Source of the DNA: Phoronis australis
Lineage: Eukaryota > Animalia > Phoronida
Assembly (NCBI GenBank): GCA_002633005.1
Contig: NMRA01000523.1
Span: 125,790 to 189,789, forward strand
Direction: 5' to 3'
Length of the DNA: 64,000 nt
The translations under genes and the position numbers were made by a program. This document shows positions 12,134 through 23,899 of the stretch, in pieces; the first letter of the stretch is position 1, and every line of letters starts with the position of its first letter. A model generated the notes under the pieces. That model searched no databases, had not been told where the DNA came from, and saw only the letters and a list, made by a program, of their open reading frames with translations.

Positions 12134-13756
12134 AGGCGAAGGCAACCTTTTTCCATGTCATTTTGAGCTAAAATAAGGTTGGTTGGTTATCCTAGACATA
12201 TTTTCCACTTACATTGTAATTACAGCTTTTCGTAATTTTATTAATTACTCGTCCGCTACTGCGGAAGTGACGTTTTAGGAGGCAAGTATTTCGCGCCAAT
12301 TTCTTTTCATATAGTCTGACTGTGAGAGCTGCCGAGTCAGTCATTGTTCTACCTCGGTTGTGTTAAGTTCCGTCGTCGTTTGCTTTCATTTACTAGTCAG
12401 TCAACATGCCACNNNNNNNNNNNNNNNNNNNNNNNNNNNNNNNNNNNNNNNNNNNNNNNNNNNNNNNNNNNNNNNNNNNNNNNNNNNNNNNNNNNNNNNN
12501 NNNNNNNNNNNNNNNNNNNNNNNNNNNNNNNNNNNNNNNNNNNNNNNNNNNNNNNNNNNNNNNNNNNNNNNNNNNNNNNNNNNNNNNNNNNNNNNNNNNN
12601 NNNNNNNNNNNNNNNNNNNNNNNNNNNNNNNNNNNNNNNNNNNNNNNNNNNNNNNNNNNNNNNNNNNNNNNNNNNNNNNNNNNNNNNNNNNNNNNNNNNN
12701 NNNNNNNNNNNNNNNNNNNNNNNNNNNNNNNNNNNNNNNNNNNNNNNNNNNNNNNNNNNNNNNNNNNNNNNNNNNNNNNNNNNNNNNNNNNNNNNNNNNN
12801 NNNNNNNNNNNNNNNNNNNNNNNNNNNNNNNNNNNNNNNNNNNNNNNNNNNNNNNNNNNNNNNNNNNNNNNNNNNNNNNNNNNNNNNNNNNNNNNNNNNN
12901 NNNNNNNNNNNNNNNNNNNNNNNNNNNNNNNNNNNNNNNNNNNNNNNNNNNNNNNNNNNNNNNNNNNNNNNNNNNNNNNNNNNNNNNNNNNNNNNNNNNN
13001 NNNNNNNNNNNNNNNNNNNNNNNNNNNNNNNNNNNNNNNNNNNNNNNNNNNNNNNNNNNNNNNNNNNNNNNNNNNNNNNNNNNNNNNNNNNNNNNNNNNN
13101 NNNNNNNNNNNNNNNNNNNNNNNNNNNNNNNNNNNNNNNNNNNNNNNNNNNNNNNNNNNNNNNNNNNNNNNNNNNNNNNNNNNNNNNNNNNNNNNNNNNN
13201 NNNNNNNNNNNNNNNNNNNNNNNNNNNNNNNNNNNNNNNNNNNNNNNNNNNNNNNNNNNNNNNNNNNNNNNNNNNNNNNNNNNNNNNNNNNNNNNNNNNN
13301 NNNNNNNNNNNNNNNNNNNNNNNNNNNNNNNNNNNNNNNNNNNNNNNNNNNNNNNNNNTGTGAACAAGGTCTCCGTCACTCACACTACTGTCACTGTGAT
13401 ACGGGTCACCGACTCCAGCCATTTTCAGCTTACAACACACTAAACAATCCCTAAATCCAACGTAGTTGAGTTCTCTACTAACCTATCTTGCCGCAGAATA
13501 CTCGCCGATGGAAAGTGGTGGCGACAATTGTTGAAAAACAGCACAAACCAAAAGTAGAATAGAACAGATTCGCACGGTAACGTCAACGCAAAACCAAGTG
13601 GCGGGAAACGCTTGCCTCCTAAAACGTCACTTCCGGGGTAGCGGAAGAGTAATTAATAAAATTACGAAAAGCTGTAATTAAGTGGAAAATATGTCTAGGA
13701 TAACCAACCCACCTTATTTTAGCTCAAAATGACATGGAAAAAGGTTGCCTTCGCCT
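12134..13756 (+). mobile_element. Kolobok-type DNA transposon (probably non-autonomous), spanning the assembly gap
   Basis: TTAA at 12130-12133 and 13757-13760. Long TIRs aggcgaaggcaacctttt...aaaaggttgccttcgcct (>150 bp, imperfect). The start of the THAP ORF (atgccac, 12406) precedes the gap. The paralogous site near 1260 is empty. TTAA target duplication, RR..YY termini and THAP are established Kolobok traits. Confidence 0.8.
12413..13358. other. Assembly gap (N run)
   Basis: 946 N characters. Confidence 1.
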
Positions 13757-14611
13757 TTAACGGCTGATGAACGTGCAATGTTAAAGGTCGGTGTGATGAA
13801 CTGAGCTAAATTTCACTTGTAGCAGACAAATGAGCTCGCTATTCACCATTTGAGAAGGCCTTAAGAGCGTAGATTCAGCGATCAGTTTCAACGCTCGTGG
13901 CGGAGCGGGTTTTGGCGCAGCTGAAACCTGAGATTAATGTACAGAAAAGCACCTTTGTGTTAGTATTATTGCATTGTGAAGTTAATTGTGTTTTTTCAAT
14001 TTGGTGTACCTACACCTGTATTGAGTGATTGCCAACGGGCTGACCCAACAAAAAATAGAAAATGTAAACTTTAGTACCGGTCTCATCTCTTAAATTTTCT
14101 ACGGCGACGAGAGCAGCAGTGCTAATACATGTAGCTGTCGACTGTTTCATCGGATTGTCTCCATTTCACAAGTGGTGTCGTACCTGAATGATGTGATCAC
14201 GTGATATATAATAGTATAAATATAGCTTTATTATAAAACACATATATAACAACCCCTAAACTGTTTCACAAACATTACCGCTACTGTAAATATGAAATCC
14301 TTCAGTGAAAACTAGAATGTTGGGCACTTATAATTTTACAACTTGTTTGCTATGCCGAAGTCGATAAATCAAATAACGGTAATTAAAGTGTTCCATCTGT
14401 TATGATCATCGAGAGAAGAAATAGACAAGACAAATGAATTCTTCAGTTTTTAGTGTCACAGTTAGACTAGGGTCCTTTTAGGCAATTAGTCACTCATTAT
14501 GCATAAGACGGTTAGTACATAAATCAAACACTAAGCACAGTTAAAGGCTGAGATAGACTGACATCTGCAATCTCGCTTGTTCCCCACTTCCGCTTGTTAA
14601 TATATGGCAAC

Positions 14612-17600
14612 TCAATACTTTGTAACTTGATCGTAAGGTGGTGGTTCTGGAGCCCCGACAGGGGCGCTGTACTCCGTCTTGTAGTCAGACTCTGAAAAAA
14701 ATTGCAGTTGAACTGCGTAATGCAATTTGTTTTGTGAACGTTTCTTACTAGGTTCAAGTACTGACGTAGGACGATTTCTCATATGGTCAAAATATCGAAT
14801 AAATGCGCGTACTTGGATCGGTTGTCTGTCGTGTTCTAGACCCATCTGTATTCATTATTTGGGGTTCTCTGCACTAAACGCCAACGCAATATTCTACTCA
14901 TATTGTACTTAAAGATACCAGTGATTCGCGTTCGAGTTCGTTCGAAAAAGGTGTCTACAAAATCATGAATTATTTGGCATTTTTGCCAGGTTGACTGCAT
15001 GATTGACAACAGACATATGTATCTTTCTTGAAATGGTCTATTATTTCCTTGTCCATACCAATCCTATTCTGAAAGGTAGAAAAAGATAACTTTGTAGTCA
15101 CACCCTGAATAGCTTAGTTACCACTGATGGAATCAAAGTCCCTTCGAGGTTTAATTTTGAAAAATTGTGATTATGTACCTTTAAATCCGTAGGCAGGTGG
15201 CTGATCACTAACTTCTCCCGACGGCAGTTGAGCCTTTGCACTCGCTAGAAGACAACAAAATATTAATCTTTAGCAACTGTTTAGTTCTCCCGTTTGAGTG
15301 GTCAGCACATTTCACAGTCCTCAGTGGTACACGCATGCTCACTTCTATTTCCAACGGGCTTGCATATAATATTCGAACTAGTTACCTGAAGGCATGTGGT
15401 TCTTGGTCTTATTTGCCTCGTTTCAAAAGCAAAAGGAAATAAAACGCGATTAGTCATTGAGACACAAGCATGTCCTAGCATATTCGTCACAGTGACTGTG
15501 TGCTGCGACATGCCCACTCACCTTCAGTCCTACTTTGAAACCTGCAGGCTCCTTCCCTTTGTGAAGAACACGAGGCTGAAAAATAAATATCGTCAAGCGC
15601 ATGCATTCATTGTTTTGCAGCTGGATTCCATTTAAGTATGTAGTGGTAAATTATTTTTTGGATCTAGCAGGCTTGCTGGACTCGGTCAAATCCCCTCAAG
15701 AAGTTGATTTCTGTTCAACACAAGGTTCTCTCTCCTGTCAAACTTCGGGCTCTAAATAATGTTGAACGATACTTTAAATTATACATTAGACGAAAACAAA
15801 TACAAATATTCGATGTCGTGCACATTTTTGCTCGTTTTTCTTGTTCTTTGGAGCATCTTACGTCGACTTCCATTCGTATACTTCCTGTACACAACAATAA
15901 TAAATCCAGCCAATCGGTTCTAGTCGCTGCACTTCTCCAACTTTGTTCCACCTCATTGATTGCTCGCAGGGAAGTAATCAAGACAAAAAGATGCCTTGCG
16001 ACCCTCTGCACAAAATCTATGAGTTCACAGATTCGCAATGCATATGTTACAAGAACGTATTTCTTCTTAAATCCCGGCATGGACCGAGTGATAACGCATG
16101 TGTTTAAATGCGAAGGCAACCTTTTTTCATGTCACTTTTAGCAAAAATAAGGTTCGTTGATTATCCCAGACACATTTTTCACTTAATTACAGCTTTTCGT
16201 AAATTGATTAATTTGTCGTCCCGCCTCTACTCCGGAAGTGACGTTTTGGGAAGCAAGAGTTTTGCGCCAATTTCTTTTCATTGTAGTCTGACTGTGAGAG
16301 CTGTCGAGTCCGTCATTGTTCGACCTCGTTTGTGATAAATTCGGTCGTCGTTTCTTTTGTTTACAAGTCAGTCAACATGCCACGCTGTTGCTGCGTGCAA
16401 GGATGTACTCATTATCGTCTCTCACGCGCTTTGGGTACCTTGCGTCGCTTTCCGAAGGATGACACACTTCGCCGTACTTGGCTAGCTCGTTCATGTGAAG
16501 AAAGCAGCGCTACCCGTCCACGCAACGTACAAAGCAGTGGAGGGTTACCGAGTGTGTGGCAAGCATTTTCTGCCGTCAGATTATGACAGATATGAACACT
16601 GAAGTGGTGAAGGTCCCTGCGAAATAACTCCTGAAGAAGGGTACCATACCGTCGCTGTTGATTCCGAGGTAGAATAATGACTGACTCGACTGCTCTTACA
16701 GTTAGACTGTATGAAAAGAAATTGGCGCGAAATTCTTGCCTCCCAAAACGTCACTTCCGGAGAAGACGACGAGTAATTAGTTAAATTACGAAAAGCAGTA
16801 AATAATTGAAAAATATGTCAGCCATAATCAACGAACCTTATTTTTGCTAAATATGACATAAAAAAGGTTGCCTTCGCCTTCAACGGAACGTTGAACCCTA
16901 TAATATTCCAAATTTCACTTTATAGACCAGTTCTTATTTGTTCAGTCGAGATTATCGTGAAAACTCTGGCTCCAGCTCTCAAAATCTTGCAATTAGCAAC
17001 ATTTTCGGCACCTAGTCCGACACTGATATCATTCTAGCAACGGAAGTAGCATATAAGAATGCAACAACCTGTTCGTCAACCCAAATTGGCAGTTGGGATA
17101 AACGTCATCTCCTACTCTTCAACGCATTTGGTGTTAATCCTAACGAATACGGTGCACTTACATTTTCTCGCTAAACAGCAATGTTTGACGATGCAGGCAA
17201 TACATCCAATTACCACCAGTCCCGCAAAAACGAATCCAACAACTGCACCCGCGGTTCGACCAGGGCTACAAACAAACATTTATCATCCAGTTATTAATAG
17301 CTACGTTTCTTAACGCATGCGCGCACCCAGCCTAAAATATAGGGGAGCTCGAATTCTTCGATACGCGGATCTTCTACTGAAAAAATCAACGAGGACAAAA
17401 AAAACGGGTCCACTAGGTGCAGCCCTGCCAATCATGCATCCGCGCCGAATTCTTGTGGACTTTGTGGCCTTTTGTCGGACTTTTTGTTTCAACGGGGTGG
17501 ACCTTTTTGCCCACTTCGCCAAATTGGAGGGCTCGTTCGAGCTCCCCGAGACCTCCTGGGTGCGCCCATTTAACGCAAGACATTCGCAAGAAAGAAATTC

Positions 17601-20600
17601 TGCTTTCAGCCTCGACGATCAGTTACAAAAGACCCCTCCCTACAAAATGTGAGTCGAAAATTACTGATTTTCAAAGATGTTACTGTACTTGGCTTAAGTA
17701 GTTAAGGGTCATTCAGCGTCTAGTTCTTTGCCATCCTGACACTTACACGATTTTGCGGTTAGTACTGATACGCAAATCAGCGGTTTCTTGTTGGCGCGTG
17801 CTTCGCACATACATTACGTACTGTTCGCGATACGAAATCGGTTGATATGCCACACAACATACTACGTACTGGCACGCTCCCCAAGTGAGCTAGGACGTGA
17901 ACTTAAATGTCATGCAGTTCAGTGACAAGTACTGTCCACAGTACAAGTGTGTTTCGCCACTGAGTTATTCACGTGTAATTCACGTGGCTTTCCAGCAAAT
18001 CAATGCTTGCCATTTTTTAGCATTTCATGATTATCTCCGCTACGCATACACTTCCGCATTTCACTCAGAGACTTATCACTGCACGATAATCGTGCCCACG
18101 CACGCCACTTGATCTTGCACGTGTCAGTGTAGCAGGACGCTAATTTTTGTACGCGCAAACGGGCATAAAATGTTGATTTTGCGCCCTTTAGTGACTACGA
18201 ACTCACTCTTCCCAGAATCCGCAGCAGCGTTCCTCTTTTTCTGGTCCACAACAGTGCTCCAGATCGTCACTCTGTTCCCACATGGGACAAATGAACTCTC
18301 TATATACAGTGCCATTTGAGTCTTTTTCAACATCATTCACGCAGATCGTAGGTCCTAGAAAGAAACAGACGTGACCACGTATAAAATGTTAGAATATCTG
18401 AAGACTTGGTCGTGGGGATCATCTCTGTAACAATTAAGTGCATGTAAATTATAGCTTTGTTGCCATATTGAATTTGGATAACTGTTCCAAAGGAATCGCC
18501 GCTTGGATTCTTGTAAGAAAGAAAGTTTCAGTCGGAAACCTGTGAATTCTTCATTTCACCTTTGTACAAGTAAAGTGTAGGTGCACTGAAATGAAATGTT
18601 ACTTCATTTCGAAGGCGTGAAAAACGAACCGCTCTGCTTCATTGGACAAGAACTTTCTTAGTAACGTTTCCATTTCTTGTTTGCATACAATTGGTCCATG
18701 TACAGTGTATTTTTCTCTATTCAAAGCATGAGGGGTTGTAATATTTGGTACAACTGAATGTGTGGAAATAACAGGTAATGCATGTTTGGGGAAAAGAGCA
18801 TGGTGAGGTAATTCTTAACCTTCACGAAGTCCCTTCAAGTTGATTTCATGAAACTGTTTTGCTACTTGTATCAATTGTAAAACCACGAAAATATATTACA
18901 TTTTCCGAATTCAAAGTGATTGAATAGTCTTAACTCATGCCTTGAAATGTTGCAAGTCGTTATAAATTCAAATGACTGCCATTTTTGTGAAAATTGCATT
19001 TTTGATGGTGCCTTACGATTTGTAATTACTCTTAAACAACAGAAATATTATCCATCATTTTTAAATGACGCAAGTCTTCATATCTTCTATTAGAAAAAAC
19101 GGTTCCCTGAACCTTAGGCTAGAAGTATGCTTGACAGACCCATGAACCTGTAATCTGAGTATACTGTAAAATTGCTGAAAGTATCAATTTGGGTAACAAA
19201 GGTTTGAAATGGATAAAAAAAGACACAGTTTTATGCAATACTCAATATATACACCCTTGGTTTCTGAAAATAGTAATTATTTACTTTTATGTGAAACTGT
19301 AGACCAATCACCATATATTTTTGAAAAACAGGGATAACATTTTTGATCCAATCTGGAGTACTTAATTATTCATATTTCAATATTTGTTCCAGGTTCAGTG
19401 ACATTTTAAGGCCACTTCAAGCTGTATCATAGACAAGCTTTGTTACTCCGTTCTCTTCCCACAGCACTTCCACACACCAGCAGTGCTGCATGGCACAATG
19501 TGCAAGTCAGTGGCCCTGGAGAAATGTGAATCGCAGTACTAAGTTACCATAAGACAATGTGCCAGTGGAGTGTCTGTGTATCCAGACGAACTATATCTGA
19601 CTGCTACACAAATAAGCCTTGTTGGTGAGGATGCCCTTTCATAGGCAATGAGTCATGTGTGGACAATAGCTTATTTCCTTTCCTGGAAGAAACATGAGGG
19701 ACTGAAGCTAAAGAAGACCTAGTCACACTCTGGTCTAGTTCAGAGTCTGATTTTGGGCTCAAAACGATTCAAGTGATATGCTGCTGTGTTTACCTTCAAG
19801 GGTCTAATTGTGGATGTTATTGAGGCTGAATGAGGTTACATGAAAGAAAGCCACGTGTTGAAACTGGACCTTTTTTACAAGCGCTTCTATAGGCCATTGA
19901 AACTAGAACCCAGTGAAATGAAAGCCAAAAGCTGAGTGACATTAAATTTTCCTTTCAGAAGAAAGGCTTTATACTATTGGTAAAAACTTTTCAATTTGGT
20001 ACAGATTATGGGGAAATGACATTCAGTGACTGCATCGATTGTCTTATTGTATGTTTTCAATTGTAGCTAGCTGGATAAGAATCTGCTATGCACAAGATTC
20101 GAGAATAAACAATTATCAGTGTATTTAAAAACAAATGGCAAACTGAAAAAGCACAGAAAGAAACAACATTGCGAGGGAGTCCATAATCAGGCATATCAGG
20201 TGCTGAATTTCTGAATTACGTTCAATTCTCTCAGGTTATTGCTGAAGGATTGCTTTTCACTTTGTCCAACGGTGAAATAGATGGTCAGGCGGTTGGTTTC
20301 AGTTGTTTTTTCTTGCCTGTAACAGAATAGAAATATTAGCAAATTGTAAAAGAAAAGGCAAGACAAAACTACTTTTGTAAGGCAGAACATACTTGACATT
20401 TCATCTTCATGTTTATGTGTAGAAACTAATAACCTTTGTACCCAAGTCTTATTTAATAACTGCATAAAATATGTGAAACAGGCTAAAAGTGATTTAACAA
20501 TGTGTATTTTTCATGACACTTAAAATGTGCTTCTGATCTCAACAAGTAAAATTCATTCTAGGTGTCAATTTTTTTCCAATGCAATGTTACGACATTTACT

Positions 20601-22278
20601 GAATTAAGGCTTATTCATGTTAATTCGATAACTGAGCTGGTGGTCCTGGGGGTGGGGTCCACGATAAAATAAGGAAACTCACCCATCTAGATAATTTTAT
20701 TGGAAACAGCATAGTTTTGAAAAGAAACTGCTGTGAAAAAGTCACTCTTGACTTCTATGCATCACGTACCATAACCTCTTATTTTGGGAGCACTCCCACC
20801 CAGGACAATATGAATATGTGCTGCTAGCCTACCCGGCATCGGGTGAGTTTCCAAAAAGAAACACTTAGTTCCACTCAATAAAACTGTTATTCAGTGGGGT
20901 AACTGGTGGGGATAACATTACCGAACGATGTTGATAGGAACTGATTGCTAAAAACTTACCAAGTAATGTTGTGTACTCTCCGAATGGAGCTGCATAGTCA
21001 TAGAGCACACACGGGGCTTCAGCATCCACACACTTTTTGTCAGTTAGTTGACCCTGTTGACCGCAATTGTCCACGAATATAGTAACCTTAGGTCTTTTGG
21101 GAATTTGTGGCCACCTGTCGAAGACTTGCACCAAGGAAACTAGCAGTAATAAGGCTTAGCGCGACGACGTATTTTGATAAAAATTCCATCTTTTACCTGT
21201 TGTTTACATGAAGACAGCCACGCATGCGCAATTCAATCACCACTAGTACAGCAGCAACACCGCGAGGAGAATTCTCCGAATAGCCCCATTACAGACAAAG
21301 GGACAATAATTTCGGATGATTACAGGAGTGTATTTCCATCTTCCTGTTACGAGCAAAGTGCGGTTGAGTCCCCGACTGTCACCCTCTTGATCATATTGAA
21401 AATGCCACAGAATCACATTCTGCTTGATTAATACAAGGACAATATTCTGAATAAGTGTTGGGCGACATGCGTATATATGTATAACGAACAGCACAAAACA
21501 CTCATTGAATCCCATCTACCAACTGCCCTTGTCTGATCAGAAAGCTTTAACGATGGACTTCAAATACTAGGTTGTGCAGTACGGACCGGAAACAAACAGA
21601 ATGAAAATTCGCATGAGAGCAACAAAAAATCTAGAATGCATACTTCCTATACTGCGGACTGCTGTTATTAATTCGTTCTTCATATCTATATACAAGCCAA
21701 GGTGTACATTCTGTACTTGACTCCACCTAGCGTTTCATATGTGAGGCTACATAATCATCTACCCGTACTTTCATCAGGGTTGTTTTGATATCGACTCCTC
21801 GTCATGTATAGCCGACTGCCGTACAGCGTTCCAGCTAACAGCACAGTTCTCCACGAAGATCCAGAACTTCCTGATCTTGAACCTCTGCTCCCGCTGCGTG
21901 CGCGACTGCCGCCTCGGGAACCCCCTCGCGCTCCACCGCCGCCTCTACCGCCACGAGCATCTACAGGTCAGATAAAATTCAGGGTGCATGAACATGACTG
22001 ACAGAACAGACTCGTACTACAAGGGATTTATCATGATGGAGAAGAAATATGGCTTATAGTTTCAATAACATTGTATTCATGAATCATAATCTAGTGCTTA
22101 TGATCCGTGTCCCTATGAGCGCTACGTTAACCAAGGTTAAGTATCTTAAAAGACCCACAAGCTTCAACACTTAACGCTCGTCTACAGCTTACAGTAAATC
22201 GAAATCCTTACTTGATTCGGTTATCAAAATCAGCAGAGCCAGTGCCACAAGAACCGAAATTTTAACCCATTTCCTCAT
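14612..22278 (-). CDS. Shisa-like single-pass membrane protein with RG-rich N-terminus and two PPxY motifs, copy 2; 7 coding exons, 236 aa
   Basis: Exons 22278-22212, 21960-21769, 18354-18207, 17265-17162, 15575-15522, 15244-15179, 14691-14612, with the same lengths as copy 1 (67/192/148/104/54/66/80), GT-AG sites and an open frame. Signal peptide MRKWVKISVLVALALLILITES; Cys domain ICVNDVEKDSNGTVYREFICPMWEQSDDLEHCCGPEKEERCC; TM AGAVVGFVFAGLVVIGCIACIV; motifs PPAY and PPPY. Confidence 0.9.
16108..16879 (+). mobile_element. Kolobok-type non-autonomous element with THAP relic, in intron 4 of copy 2
   Basis: Same TIR family as 12134-13756. Flanked by ttaa (16104-16107) and tcaa (16880-16883). 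The paralogous site near 3698 is empty. Confidence 0.85.
16377..16660 (+). pseudogene. Frameshifted THAP zinc-finger domain (transposase N-terminus)
   Basis: MPRCCCVQGC...FPKDDTLRRTW, then RVCGKHF and LKKGTIPSL in shifted frames. This is the C2CH signature with conserved P, W, F and the AVPTIF-like box. Confidence 0.85.
17316..17570. mobile_element. MITE with CATGCGCGCACCCAG TIR and 5-bp target duplication
   Basis: TIR catgcgcgcacccag / ctgggtgcgcccatt, flanked on both sides by taacg. Absent from the copy-1 intron. Relatives at ~28090-28239 and 55894-56122. Confidence 0.8.
18788..21287 (-). mobile_element. ISL2EU/PIF-Harbinger-like THAP element remnant in intron 2 of copy 2 (left end uncertain, ~18750)
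   Basis: Near-identical reverse complement of 61422-64000. Ends in ...gaatagcccc followed by AT. Absent from intron 2 of copy 1. Confidence 0.75.
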
Positions 22279-22764
22279 GTTGTCAGTATTCTGTCTGGCC
22301 TGGGTAGTCAGTACACTCAAAGCCAGGGCATGTGTAAATAAAATTTCACAATCGCCGATAGCTAGATGATCCTTACCTGCGAGATTGTTTGCTTAATGCG
22401 ACATCAGGTGGTGATAACGAAGCCGTGGTCACACCGCATGCGTTGAAGTATTGCAAGTCACCATGCGAGGTATTGATAAGGGGCACAGCCACAACTTACA
22501 TGTACGCCCTTTGTAAGTAGTCCCGGGAAGCAGTACATTCATGGTCTATTTGTGTATTCATACAGCAGAATATTAACTGGGAATGCTCCCGGGGCTGACT
22601 TTGTAAGTACTGGTAAAAGCAATGTGTCGAAACCGACAGGCACCATACCGCCAGTTTGGTCAAAAATATATATGTTAGCGTACTTATTTCAATACCAATA
22701 GGAGTAAAAATAAAGTAGAGCTATAGTGAACCCAAAATGGATATCAAGCAATCAAAGTCACGTG

Positions 22765-22882
22765 TGTTGAAGATCACTCTGTATACGTTAGAGGGCGACA
22801 CGATTGTCCGCCATCTTTGGAATAAATGACTTGAACGCAGTGATGTAGTTGTCCGAACAAAAGCCAAACTCAAGGCTTAACT
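22765..22882 (+). repeat. 5' LTR
   Basis: tgttga...ctctgtatacgttagagggcgacacgattgtccg...ggcttaact; a direct repeat of 27326-27445. Confidence 0.9.
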
Positions 22883-22901
22883 TGGTGTCAGGACGTGGAC
22901 A

Positions 22902-23760
22902 ATGAGTGAATCAAAACCCCCAAAGCTTATTTTAGCGGAGGACAAACAACTTAGCGTAAAACTGTGGCGCAAAAATTCAACTCATGGTGCATCCTACAGA
23001 AAGGCTGGCGTGACCCAGAAAAACCAGTCACTGATCCACAGCACTGGAAAACTGACAAAGCGTCCCTCGAAATAGCAGCTTTCTATCTAGCACTTCCCAA
23101 CGAAGTGCTAAACGTTTCTGATACTACAACCATTAATCACATGTCCAAGGATGAGCAAAAACAACCATGGTCATATTTGAATAGACTGGAGACCCACTTC
23201 GCCGGGAAAGATGACATCACGCCCCTGAGATTACAATTTTTTAACTTGACTCAAAAGCCGAATGAATCCGTGACCGACTTTGAGACAAGAATTCGCACGG
23301 TTGCCGCAAAGACCAAATACGCAGACATGACGGATCCTCTACAAGAACTAATGAGAGATAGGTTCTGCACAGGAGTCTAAAACAAAGACCTACGAGAACA
23401 GTTGCTTCATCATTTTAAGGAGGACGACAAAACTCCTCTAACTTTCCAAGAACAGTTGAACAAAGCCAAGTCCTGGGAGGCAGCACATAAAACCAACATG
23501 ACTATCATGCAAGCGGTCACTCTCGATGAACAAGTCAATTTCGCTGGCAAACGCCCTTATGACAACAAGCCGGCACCGGCTCAGTCTCAAAAGTGCCGGT
23601 GGTGCTTAGGACCACGAAACTCTTGGAAAGAATGTCCTGCCAAGAAACCGGGAACTTAGTGCACTAACTGCTTTATGACTGAAAATCACCTCACACAGGC
23701 ATGCAAGTCAGAGAAAAACAAGTACAAGCAACCATTAGATTCTTGCAAACGGGTAAACTC
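22902..23760 (+). pseudogene. gag: gag, disrupted by frameshift and stops
   Basis: FFNLTQKPNESVTDFETRIR...LMRDRFCTGV capsid-like motifs; two zinc-knuckle-like units CRWC...C and CTNC...H...C. Confidence 0.85.
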
Positions 23761-23899
23761 ACTATGGAAAAAAAGAATTCTGCGAACTCAGCTACCCACA
23801 CCCACCTGGAAGAAAAAGATGATGACGACTACGTTGCTCACTTCTTCCAGGCATTTGGGTTACATGGCTCAACTGGCAGCCTCATTGACAAATAATTCA

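Noticed and set aside
12344-13454. Long ORFs of 328-364 aa
   Set aside because: Artefacts of translating the N gap.
20196-20465. ORF repeated identically at 62310-62513
   Set aside because: The identity reflects the duplicated transposon. The recognisable THAP-box signal is in another frame and the ORF start is intron-like sequence.
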